From Azolla caroliniana (lineage: Eukaryota; Plantae; Polypodiophyta): a stretch of DNA of 64,000 nucleotides. The notes under the pieces were generated by a model that searched no databases, was not told where the DNA came from, and worked only from the letters and a program-made list of their open reading frames with translations. The stretch is from NCBI GenBank assembly GCA_043228905.1, contig JBHGNT010000020.1, positions 13,702,001 through 13,766,000 on the forward strand, in the 5' to 3' direction. The translations under genes and the position numbers were made by a program. Each line of letters begins with the position of its first letter. Position 1 is the first letter of the stretch. Positions 1-10,473 of the stretch are shown piece by piece.

Positions 1-1
1 C

Positions 2-817
2 AGCTATGCCAGCCAGGCCACTACCCAAGGCACACTTGGGACCGATCGCCTCTCATTCTCCGATGCCTCCTCCAATGGCGGTGCCGCATCCGCGGTGGAC
101 ATAGCCTTCGGGTGCGGGTACTCCAACCAAGGAGACTACGGAGGTGCAGCCGGCCTCGTGGGCATGGGCCGAAGCCCCCTATCCTTACCTTCCCAGCTAG
201 GCCCGAGCATCGGGGCCCAGAAATTCTCCTACTGCCTCCTCCCGCAGCCGTCCACCACCTCCACCTGATTGGTCATCGGAGGTCCGGCAGGCCAATCGTC
301 CTCGGCCAGGATGAGCTTCACCCCGATGATCGCCAACCCGTACATTCCCACGTCCTTCTACTACATCAAGGTGGTCGGCTTCAGCGTGGCCAACCATCGG
401 CTGAGCCTCCCGGCCGGGATCTTCGACATAGACCAACGAGGACGCGGAGGCACGATCTTAGACTCCGGGACTACATACACACTCATCGCGAAGGACGCGT
501 TCTCGGTCATCAAGCAAGCATTCGATTCGGCCATCCGGTTGAGCCAGTACACGGAGCACCCTGTCTTCCCGGCTTGCTACGCGTCGGCCTCGGGAGCCTC
601 CGTGCCGCCCCTCACATTGCATTTGCAAGGGGTGGACATCAGGGTGCCGGTCCCGAATTACTTCATTCCCGGGTACAGCCAAGGGACCTTTTGCTTGGCC
701 ATGATTCCAATCAATAACGGAGACATTCAGATCGTGGGTAACATGTTGCACCAGAATTTTGAGGTGTTGTATGACCTCGATAATTCTCGCATTGGTTTCC
801 GACCTCAAGGTTGTTGA
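2..817 (+). pseudogene. Nepenthesin-like aspartic protease copy A (3' part; 5' end outside window) with in-frame premature stop
   Basis: Frame 2 reads SYASQATTQGTLGTDRLSF...FGCG...ILDSGTTYT...IVGNMLHQNFEVLYDLDNSRIGFRPQGC*, collinear with 27684-28500. TGA at 266-268 replaces CGA (Arg) of the intact copy, upstream of the second catalytic motif. Confidence 0.88.
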
Positions 818-1440
818 GGTGTTTCCGCCCCATACATTTCTTTCTTGTATTGGTTGGTTGGCTCCATGTGAACAACCCCTTATTTCATTCAACACACACA
901 ACCCCTTATTACACACACACACACACACACACACACCCCATGGTTATTTAAAACACTACCAAATATCGCCTATTAATTATTTTCATTGGGTTTTTTAAAA
1001 ATAAATATTCGCTTGAATCTCTTCTATGAGGTTCTAGCAATTGTAATCACAATGCCAACCATGATAGTTTGATTGTTCATTTCATTGGTTTTATCATTAT
1101 GTGATTGTAATGGCAAACATTACATACCAAATCAATAATGCCCATAGAAACTCGCCTTTGAACATACTAACACAACACTTGATGGATGAAGAGGTTTCTT
1201 ATCTGAAAATTTATGATGTCCGATGTGTTCCTTATGAATAGAGAACATTATGACATGAGTCTCTATGGCTTTGAGATTGTTGCTTTGTGTTTTGTTGTTG
1301 CGACAATAAAACAATGCACCTTCTTTATAAGTGACACTTACAACTACATACATGGGTCACTTTGTTTGCATGTCTCAAATCATGCTTTGTTTGCATGTTG
1401 ATGATTGGCTTCCTCGAAGATTCAAATGATCGTTTTCACA
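818..1440 (+). repeat. Duplicated 3' flank of the aspartic protease gene
   Basis: Collinear similarity to about 28501-29115, including the (CA)n tract and the blocks GAATCTCTTCTATGAGGTTCT, CAACACTTGATGGATGAAGAGG and GAAGATTCAAATGAT. Confidence 0.9.
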
Positions 1441-1692
1441 ACCTCAACTCAAGTGTTGAGAGACAATAAACTTCACAAATGGGCCATCTTGTTTATTTGA
1501 TAATTTATATTATTTTCTAACTTTCTCTTGATCCCTCCCTTACTTAATTCCCCTCTTTTTATAGGTGACCCCACATGCATGCGAGGGTACAAGACATGCA
1601 TGTGATGCATGATAGACATCTCGATCATTTGAGCTTTCATGTATGAAAATGAAAATAGGCATGGGACAAGTATGATCATGAAAATATAATTC

Positions 1693-1985
1693 TAAAACAA
1701 ATAACCTAGTCTAGTGGTATATACTTTGTAGTATTGGCATGTAAGGTTGTGGGTTTGAGTCTAGTGGTATATACTTTGTAGTATTGGCATGTAAGGTTGT
1801 GGGTTTGAGTCTCTCAAATGTCACTCAATGTGACAATATTTAAGTCTATTTTTATATCCTTTACTATTTACCTTAAAACAAATAACTTAATCTAGTGGTG
1901 TGCAACTCGCACTTGGTGTGTGAGGTTATGGGTTCAAGTTAAGTCTCTAAAATATTATTGAATATAATATTTAAGGACATTTTTA
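1693..1985 (+). repeat. Decayed tRNA-derived (SINE-like) repeat, tandemly duplicated
   Basis: Exact 50-bp duplication at 1711-1760/1761-1810 and a diverged unit at 1874-1985. Units have an A-box-like (T/A)A(G/A)TCTAGTGG and a B-box-like GGGTT(T/C)(G/A)AGT at tRNA spacing. Confidence 0.5.
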
Positions 1986-1989
1986 TATC

Positions 1990-2718
1990 GTGAAGGATTT
2001 GGTCTCGGTCAGCCAGATCGTGGAGCAAGGCATGCAAGTTCGTTTCAACAACGAAGGATGCTTTATGCTCGGATGGAGGCAAGGAGTACTTCTCCAACGA
2101 ATTCATTTACTACCTCCAAGGAGAAGGGATTCGAATAGAATTATCATGCAAACACACACCCCAACAAAATGGAGTCGCCGAAATGAAGAATCGGCAAATA
2201 CTCGAGGTAGCACACGCCATGATGCATGAGAAGCACATGCCGAACTTCTATTGGCATCATGGTATGAGCTTGATTCGGCTCCACCTGACCCGACCGAGGA
2301 AGAGGTGGACGTCAACTCAAATGACGATATTCAGCCAAGTCCTTTACCAAATGACAATGCAAGCTCTATAGAGCTAGGTCGCCCACATGAGCCTTCACGT
2401 GACCTAAGCACGTCTCCGCCAAGTCTAAAATCGAACAAAGGCCAAGGTACGATGCCCGAACACAAAGTCGACCATCCCGACGATAGTGATTCGGATGTGT
2501 CGGCTCCCTCACTAGACAATGAGTTTGGTCTATCTATAATGCGTATACCCGGAGTAAAGATAACGATGACATCTGCAAGCGAAAAACTTTGACGCTCATA
2601 TAGAGAGAAGAACGACGTCACTCGGCTTGGCTACAATGAGTATATGGCCCATCATTATGCCTTCGCGATGAAGGTAGCGGTCGAACAAGAGCCCAAGAGC
2701 TCTACAGGAGTGGCTCGT
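1990..2718 (+). mobile_element. Ty1/copia remnant (protease-adjacent region and INT-RT linker)
   Basis: Translations KDLVSVSQIVEQGMQVRFNNEGC, SWYELDS and RLGYNEYMAHHYAFAMKVAVEQEP, homologous to the copia at 15231-15836 (RFGYNQYMAYHCAF..VREPET). Confidence 0.75.
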
Positions 2719-3466
2719 TGTCGTGAAGAATTTCGTCCAGAGGCGGAAATCGGGAAATATTGGCTACATCGGCGGGGTGCACCATGTGCACTCACCCTCG
2801 TGTAATTGTGTGAATAATAGGAGTTACGTTGGGACGAAGAATCCCATGTAAATCGGGATTTATCGCACAATGTAACGCATCCCTCTCCTTGTTCTATAAA
2901 AGGAAGGTATGGTCCCTTGTAGAGGGGTTGCCCATTTTTGTGTTAGAGGGTATACCGTTAGATTTAGGGTTAGTTCTTCTACTTCTTCTTCCTCTTCTTC
3001 GCGGTGTGGGTGGACTGTTGAGGGCTGTTGTTGCTTGGTCTCCTGTGCAAGACCCCGCTCTGTGTGACGAGCCCGAGAGCTCCCCGAATGACGGCTTGGC
3101 TGCAGACTGCTGTTGTAACCTACCCTATCTTGGTCTGGCCCGAAGCCGGGATTGTATTCTTTCCCTTGTAATACTTACATTTGGGTCTTTTTGTGTATAT
3201 TCGTGTCTCTGTTGGTGTCGGGTGCTCCCCTTTCCTGCGTTTCCTGTACATAAGGGCGTGAGTCGGGTTGGCCTGTGTGTGTGTGTGTGCATGAGTCAGT
3301 GTCAAGCGCGCGCTCCCTCTCTTTCTCTCTCTCCCTTCGGTTGCTTTCGGTGTGCTTCTGGGATGCCCCGGAAACGGTGAAGTATGACTTCCTACGCTCC
3401 GTCACTCCCTAGTCCAAGACCCCCGTGGTCCCGCCTTTCTCCACGCACGCACGTAACAACGCGACA
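2719..3466 (+). repeat. 5' LTR (748 bp)
   Basis: TG...CA ends with a 5-bp inverted repeat, TATA-like CTATAAAAGG, and high similarity to 7280-8030. Confidence 0.93.
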
Positions 3467-3470
3467 TATT

Positions 3471-3488
3471 TGGTGAACCCGACGTGAA
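3471..3488 (+). other. Primer binding site complementary to tRNA-Trp
   Basis: TGGTGAACCCGACGTGAA is the reverse complement of the recalled plant cytosolic tRNA-Trp 3' end (...TTCACGTCGGGTTCACCA). It starts 4 nt after the LTR. Confidence 0.85.
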
Positions 3489-3532
3489 AGACGGCAAGGG
3501 AGGATGGAGTCGGAAGACGACGACCTTGCGGT

Positions 3533-4054
3533 GATGGAGTCCCATCTTACTTGGGAGCCTACAACGCGGATATGGAGGAGCGTGGCGTAGACGAGGCGTT
3601 GAGGCTGGAGTTCTTCTGTCAGGTCGTAGCTGTCCGGATGCATGCGGAAGTGAAGGAGCTCTGTGAGGCTCATAGTTCGTGGGAGGCCTTCGAAGACGCG
3701 CTCCTGAAGGCATACGGAGGACGGCGGAAGAGCCGGGGACGACATGACTTCGACCAGTGGGTAGGATTGGCAAAGACCCACTTGAGCGCGACCAAGGCGT
3801 TCTGAGAGTTCGAGCGACGACTTGCTCGGCTCCTAGAGCGGGAACAAGGTTTGGTGGGGGCGGACAAAGTCCTATTGTTCGTCAGGTCGATCGACCGAGC
3901 GGAACGGGAAGCCATCGGGATTGAGCTCGAAGACGATGATGGAGCGAATGGGCTTACGGAGGACTGGTTGAAGGTCAGAAGGGTGTGCCAACGGCTAGAT
4001 GATGAGCGAGCCGAGAAGGCTAAGAGGAAGGGGCGCGACGGTGTGCCATCATAG
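3533..4054 (+). pseudogene. Degenerate gag-like ORF
   Basis: AYNADMEERGVDEALRLEFF..SSWEAFEDALLKAY..FDQWV..*EFERRLARL..DKVLLFVRSID..LTEDWLKVRRVC, interrupted by a stop at 3803-3805. Confidence 0.6.
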
Positions 4055-7000
4055 CGGGAAGAGGCCGAACGACAAAGGGAGTTGGCAAGGGTCGGCGTTG
4101 AGGCCAGGATTGCAGAGGCGTACGCAACTCTCGAGGCGATGCTTGAGGAAGAGGAAGGATCGAGGCCTCAAGCTGAGACCGGGGAGACGGTCTTGCCCTA
4201 CGAGATGGCAGAAGATCGGTACGACGGTACCACGGGAGAGGGTGCGGAACAAAACGCCCTCTCGACTTTCGGAGAATTGCCGACCGAGGACAGGGTCGAG
4301 AGCGGAGAAGAGCCCTCCACGCGGATTCCGGAGATTCCGGCGGTCATGCCCGTGTGCCGACATGAGATCGGAGAGAAGGAAGGCGCCGATGAGGAGTCCT
4401 GGCACGAGGCCAACGAAGAGGGATGGGACACGGCCTGCGAGGAGGCCGAGGATGGAAGCGGCACGAGAAGATCGGCATTCCGATTCGGATGGAGCAGAAT
4501 CCGGTCGTGGATCCTTCGATCGGGGCCAGATTCGGCATGAAAGTGCCGATACGGAAGAGGGTGCGGGACGAGCCACCCTCTTTTACATGGGGAGAAAGAC
4601 CGACCGGGCGAAGGTCGAGAATTGGAAGGGAAGTGGTCAAGGGTTCGGAACGAGTCCGGAGAGGTCGGCATCAGAACCGAAACTACGGATATTGCAGAAC
4701 CAAGCCCAGGCGGGGCTTGGTTGATCACAGACCAGATGCTTCTCACCGAACGTACTTGGGAGCAGTACCCCGAACGAGCGTCCGCAAATCGTTACGGGAC
4801 GGAACCACCACGTCTTATCCGGAGACTCAGGCAGCCAGTAACGAGCGCCGACGTGAGACCTAGAGAGATGGGAGATGGAGGCAGGTACGTGAGAAGGAGA
4901 GCAACGACGAGTTCGGGAGAAGTACAAGGGTTGAAGAGGAGAATGAAGGCCGGTCCTACGGAGATCCTTACACCGATCCGGCTGTCGGCCCGAGTGCTAG
5001 CATGAGTCCTATAGGAGACGACGGTGGTGACAGGAGAATGGGACCCAACAATCCAGAGAATGACGAACAGACCCGGACAAGAACCGGGCAGAACGGACTT
5101 CCGAAAAACCATTCCGGGAGGGAGGGAGAGAGCAGACCTATGAAGAGGTCGGGAACATGGTACGTCGGTACCACAAGAGAGGGTGTGGAGCGAGCCACCC
5201 TCTCGACTTACGAAAGAAGGAAGACCCGGGATAAGGGTCAGAGATATGGCAAGCCCGAGGAGGATCCTTCACACCGATTCTACAGAAACCGGCGGTCGGC
5301 CCGAGAGCCGGCGCGAGGCCTAAAGTGACGAATGGTGGCGGCGAGGGGACGAAGGCAAAGGGCTACGAATGGGCGGTCTACGGAGATGCTCACACCGATT
5401 CGACGGTCGGCCCGAGCGCCGGCGTGAGTCCTATAGGAGAGATCGGTGGCGGCAGGTGAACGTGACCATCAGAAGAGGATGGCAAAGGCAGAGCGGTGCA
5501 GCTGCGACCTTACACACACCGGTTCTAGAGACTCCGGCAGCCAACGACAAGAGGAGGCGTGAGACCTAGAGTAAGGGACGGTGGCGGCGGCAAGGCGGGC
5601 AACCGAAGCCAGAAGGGGAGGTCCTACGGAGAGATCCTTACACCGATCCGGCGGTCGGCCTGAGTGCCGGCGAGAGTCCTATAGGGGTGATCGGTGGCGG
5701 CAGGAGAACGTGATCGGACGACAGGAGGTGGCGAACAGCAAGGAGGTATGAGGCCGGCAAGGTGGCTACGGACCCTCTCAAACCTTCCGGCGAGGTGAGT
5801 GGGCGTAAGGAAGTCCGGTCCTACGGGATCCTCACACCTAACCAGAGACTTCGGCAGTTCGGCCAACGTGGCAACATGAGACCGAGAGAGAAGGACGGTG
5901 GCGGCGGGAAACGAGACCCGACTACGTGGAAGACACGAGGAGAGTCCAGGAGGGACTCAAACAAAAGACACTCGGATCTCAGCTAGCGAAGAAACGAAGA
6001 CCGGTCCTATGGGACCCTCAAACTGATCCGGAGACCCCGGTAGTTTGGCCAACATGGCAACAAGAGACCTAGGGAGAAGGACGGTGGCGGCAGGGAACGA
6101 GACCCAACGACACGGGGTAGCGGATCGGGAGTCGGTAAGACGGGGAGGACGAAGTGCGAAACCCTCACCGGCTGGTTACGGTTTCGGAAGTAGCCGGTAG
6201 GGGCAAACACGGGGAGGTGTGTCGGGCCGGAAAGGCACACCTAGGACGGAATAAGAGTCTCACAAGTGGCCATCGCAGGCCGGATCAAAGCGTGACTACG
6301 GGACAGTGTTCGGCACGGGCGGTGCCGAACAAAGGAAGCGGAAGACAGCACAAGGGAGGTGCCGAGAACGAGGTGACAAGTGCCTAGTGGACTGCACAGG
6401 GTTGGAGTCAGGGGATGGCAAGAGAGGCCGGAGGAGGATCCTCCACACTCGCTTTGTAAATCTCGGTAGCTCCGTCGAAGTAGCGAAGACTGACATGGCA
6501 AGCTCGGGGTGACAAGCTGGTGGGGCCGAGGGGACGACGGCAAGCGGAAGACTTAGGACTTGTTGCAGTAGCATGAAGACGGGAAGGGCCAAGCGGGCTA
6601 CTACGGGGTGTTCCTCGGATGCGGAGGACACCAGTATGCGGGTGAACGGCGATGCACGATCTGGCCTGGAAAGGGGCCGACAAGGTGTGCAATGAACCGG
6701 AGTACGACACAGGTAGTGCCAAACAATGGACGAGGGTATGTGGCACACAGAGGTGCCAGAGCGGAAATGCGAGCGTGGAGATGGGTTACGTGGTTCAGAG
6801 GTAGCGCGTAGAAGGCCAAAAAAGGATCCTCCACACCGTTCCGGAGACCATGGCGGTTTGAGCTGACTCGGCGATGTAAGACCATGGAGAAGGAAGGTGG
6901 CGGCGAGAGGATGAAGGCAACGCGAAACAACATGGGACGGCAATCAGGACAACACGAATGGTCAACGGAGGCCAAGCGGGCCACTACGAGCGTTCCTCAA

Positions 7001-7279
7001 GCGGAGGACATCGGGCATACGGCGGGGAGCGGGGCGTTCATACGGCCGAACAAGGGCCAACGGAAGTACGCGTACTACGGAGATTGCGGCAGAGGACCCA
7101 TCGACGGGTCGAACGAGCCTACGGGGAGGTAAGCGCGAAGGAAGTACCGAAGCCGACGGATCAAACCGGCAGCGAGCTGGGATGCGGATTACGGAAGACC
7201 GGTTTCTCACCGGCCGAAATCTCTCACCCTTCACCGGATTTGGCACGTACTGGTGGACGTGCGGTTAGGTGGGGGCGGA

Positions 7280-8030
7280 TGTCGTGAAGAATTTCGTCCA
7301 GAGGCGGAAACCGGGAAATATTGGCTACATCGGCGGGGTGCACCATGTGCACTCACCCTCGTGTAATTGTGTGAATAATAGGAGTTAAGTTGGGACGAAG
7401 AATCCCATGTAAATCGAGATTTATCCCACAATGTAACGCATCCCTCTCCTCGTTCTATAAAAGGAAGGGATGGTCCCTTGTAGAGGGGTTGCCCATTTTT
7501 GTGTTAGAGGGTATACCGTTAGATTTAGGGTTAGTTCTTCTACTTCTTCTTCCTCTTCTTCGCGGTGTGGGTGGACTGTTGAGGGCTGTTGCTGCTCGCT
7601 CGGTCTCCTGTGCAAGACCCCGCTCCGCGTGACGAGCCCGAGAGCTCCCCGAACGGCGGCTTGGCTGCAGACTGCTGTTGTGACCTACCCTATCTTGGTC
7701 TGGCCCGAAGCCGAGGTTGTATTCTTTCCCTTGTAATACTTACATTTGCGTCTTTCTGTGTATATTCGTGTCTCTGTTGGTGTCGAGTGCTTCCCCTTTC
7801 CTGCGTTTCCTGTACATAAGGGCGTGAGTCGGGTCGGCCTGTGTGTGTGTGTGCATGAGTCGGTGTCAAGCGCGCGCTCCCTCTCTTTCTCTCTCTCCCT
7901 TCGGTTGCTTCTGGTGTGCTTCTGGGATGCCCCGGAAACGGTGAAGTACGACTTCCTACACTCTGCCACTCCCTAGTCCAAGACCCTCGTGGTCCCGCCT
8001 TTCTCCACGCACGCGCGTAACAACGCGACA
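7280..8030 (+). repeat. Second LTR (751 bp), followed by another PBS at 8035-8052
   Basis: Direct repeat of 2719-3466, followed by TATTTGGTGAACCTGACGTGAAAG. Confidence 0.93.
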
Positions 8031-8054
8031 TATTTGGTGAACCTGACGTGAAAG

Positions 8055-8289
8055 GCTGCTATCTTAGACACCGGTGGTGCAGGATAGGCTTTCGTCTCGA
8101 TGATTGTGTTTATCTCTTCCAAGGTATTAATCATTCTTATATCTGACGGTATGGGCCGTCGGCGGTAGGTTGGCTATGTCTAGATAATAACTCGGGGGTG
8201 GTCGGGTAGAACGAGTTCATCTATTTTCTTTCTTTTACTTTAGTTTAGTCTATTGATTAGTAATAAACTCTTAACAGTGGTATCATAGT
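8055..8289 (+). mobile_element. Probable end of an older LTR with tRNA-iMet-type PBS; contains a structured, U2-like segment
   Basis: ...TAATAAACTCTTAACA then G then TGGTATCATAG at 8278 resembles an LTR CA end plus the TGGTATCAGAG PBS. Three hairpins lie in 8058-8223. Confidence 0.4.
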
Positions 8290-8571
8290 ATTTGCTAACT
8301 TTATTTTGTTGTTGTTGTGATGTTTTTTGCGTGTGAGCGATGGGTGTCATGAGGTATCATAGTATTTGCTAACTTTATTTTGTTGTTGTGATGTTTTTTG
8401 CGTGTGAGCGATGGGTGTCATGAGGTATCATAGTATTTGCTAACTTTATTTTGTTGTTGTTGTGATGTTTTTTGCGTGTGAGCGATGGGTGTCATGAGGT
8501 ATCATAGTATTTGCGAACTTTATTTTGTTGTTGTTGTGATGCTTTTTGCGTGTGAGCGATGGGTGTCATGA
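8279..8571 (+). repeat. Tandem repeat, 4 x 71-74 bp, spanning the LTR insertion junction
   Basis: Units start at 8279, 8353, 8424 and 8498. Each ends in ATGGG-TGTCATGA, which is the TSD plus the first LTR bases. Confidence 0.95.
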
Positions 8572-9050
8572 TATGGCAAGACTCAACCCTATGACCTTAT
8601 GGTATATGGGTCAAGCTCTTAACCATCACACCATCTATTGTAATTTGTAAGATATTATTTTCATTTATACTTTATTATAAGAAATTAATGTATATTCTAG
8701 ATTTCTCTGGAACATTCTAGAAGCTTTAGGACTACTCCTGAGAGCACTATAAAAGGAGGCACAAGGCATTGTTTTGAACCAAATTGGTTCAACGCCAGTC
8801 TTAAGCCTCGTAGCCACTTTGTACTTATCCTTCACATAATATATTAGCTGTTATCATCATCTCTCTCTCCTCTTCTCTCTTTCTCTCTCGGGAATCTTAC
8901 GTAGTCCCGTCCTCTTAGTACTAATAGTACTTCTCTTCTTTAGTACTAATTCTCTCTCTGGTTTAGTACTATTCCTGACAGTTTGAACCAAAATTTCCTC
9001 CTCAAACCTATTTGTCGTTCTCCCTCATCTTCCTACCCTTTTCCCTATAC

Positions 9051-9990
9051 TATGGCTATTGTTAGCGCCCAAGAATATCAATTTGTTTTCTCCGAGCTAC
9101 AGTGCCTAAAAGAAAATTTTGTTGCCTTGGAACAAGAAAACCAACGGCTGATAGGGGATCTGCAAGAAATGGCTCTAGAAAAACAACAAACGCAGCAACA
9201 ACATGGGGAGTTAGCATTACCGGTACAACAACTCGAAGCAGCATTGCAACAACAAGGATCAAGTCCCCAAGGATTTCATAAAGAGTCGAAGATTGGACTT
9301 CTTGTGAAATTTGATGGAACACAATCGCAATTCAGGGGATTCCTTAATCAGGTACGATTAGTCATCCAAATGCATCCTTCCCGATACCCCACTGATGCAT
9401 CCCGAGTAAGCCTTATAGGCACGTTGCTTAGCGGCTCAGCCTTAGCATGGTTCGCTCTGCTTTTAGAAAAACAATCGCCCTTGCTTAATAACTTTGAAGA
9501 TTTTATTAGTGAGTTTAAAGCCTGCTTTGGAGACACCAGCAGCATCAGGACGATGATCAACAAGATCCAACGATTGCGTCAAGGCAATCGTCCAGCCTCT
9601 GCCTATGCGGCAAATTTCTGTCTACTCGCCTCAGATATCCCCTGGGATGATCTGGCAGTAATGGAGCAGTTTCGCTACGGCCTATGAAACGATGTAAAAG
9701 ATTTACTTTTAACCTTCCCCAAATAACTAAAATCTCTTACGGAGGCAATCAATCGAGCGGTCCGATGTGACAACCGCCTTTTCGAACGACGTTCCGAACA
9801 TCAATTACAAATACCATGCTCTAGGCCAGAGCCCACTTACGCCTCAGTCGCGGCTATCAGACATCGATGGAGATCGATACCATGCATCGACGTGGCCCGT
9901 TATCGGAAGAAGAAAAGCAACGACGACGTGCAAATCGATTATGTCTTTATTCCGGTGGACCAGGGCATATCGCAATCAATTGTCCCCATA
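9051..9990 (+). pseudogene. Tcn1 gag (stops and frameshifts)
   Basis: ORF 8983-9687 shows Tf1/Tcn1-type gag motifs. It continues past stops to a decayed zinc knuckle ([15 protein letters not shown]) near 9935-9990. Confidence 0.85.
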
Positions 9991-10473
9991 GGCCAAGAAG
10001 ATAGGTAAATCAAATTGTAACCTATACTAAACCCGACTGTCAATTCTTCCCTTAGGAGTGTCTGATAGTATTAATAGTACTAATAGCCCAAGTATCTCAA
10101 ACAAATTTGAAATCCTTAGTCAATTAGATGAAGAGTTAAACGATTGAGTCTAGCCAAAATAGGAGCTGTTTGGTTGGACAACCCTAGATCTGTACAACCC
10201 ATTAGTGGTTCCATTCCCTTCAAGCAAGTTAGCAATGTGTTCCTAGCCCAAGTCATGGTTAGTACTAAAAGTACTCCCCCAGTACAAGTCCTAACACTTT
10301 TAGATTCCGGAGCCAATTCCTATTTCATGGATCGAAATTTTGCCCAAGCTTCTCAGATATCCTTAAGAAAACTTCCTTGCCCCGCATCTGTAGTAGTCAT
10401 TGATGGTCGTCCTACAAGTTGTTGGAGACAATCATGGGACCCACAGGAGGAGACCTTGAGCCCATGATGACCT

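Larger units (their letters stand above)
2719..8030 (+). mobile_element. Non-autonomous Ty3/gypsy-type LTR retroelement (gag only, tRNA-Trp primed; Phygy-like)
   Basis: LTRs at 2719-3466 and 7280-8030 (TGTCG...CGACA). PBS TGGTGAACCCGACGTGAA at 3471-3488. PPT-like GGTTAGGTGGGGGCGGA at 7263-7279. Degenerate gag, and no RT/RH/INT motifs in the interior. No TSD. Confidence 0.88.

Noticed and set aside
266-268. Premature TGA as a candidate for U-to-C RNA editing or readthrough
   Set aside because: Reverse editing is known from organellar transcripts, and this is an intron-containing nuclear gene family; CpG deamination is the simpler explanation.
3999-7290. Many overlapping 60-240 aa ORFs on both strands
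   Set aside because: Expected in GC-rich, repeat-built retroelement interior; no recognisable domains.
8140-8165. Possible hammerhead ribozyme at CTGACGG hairpin
   Set aside because: The core does not match CUGANGA and there is no correctly placed GAAA/NUH.
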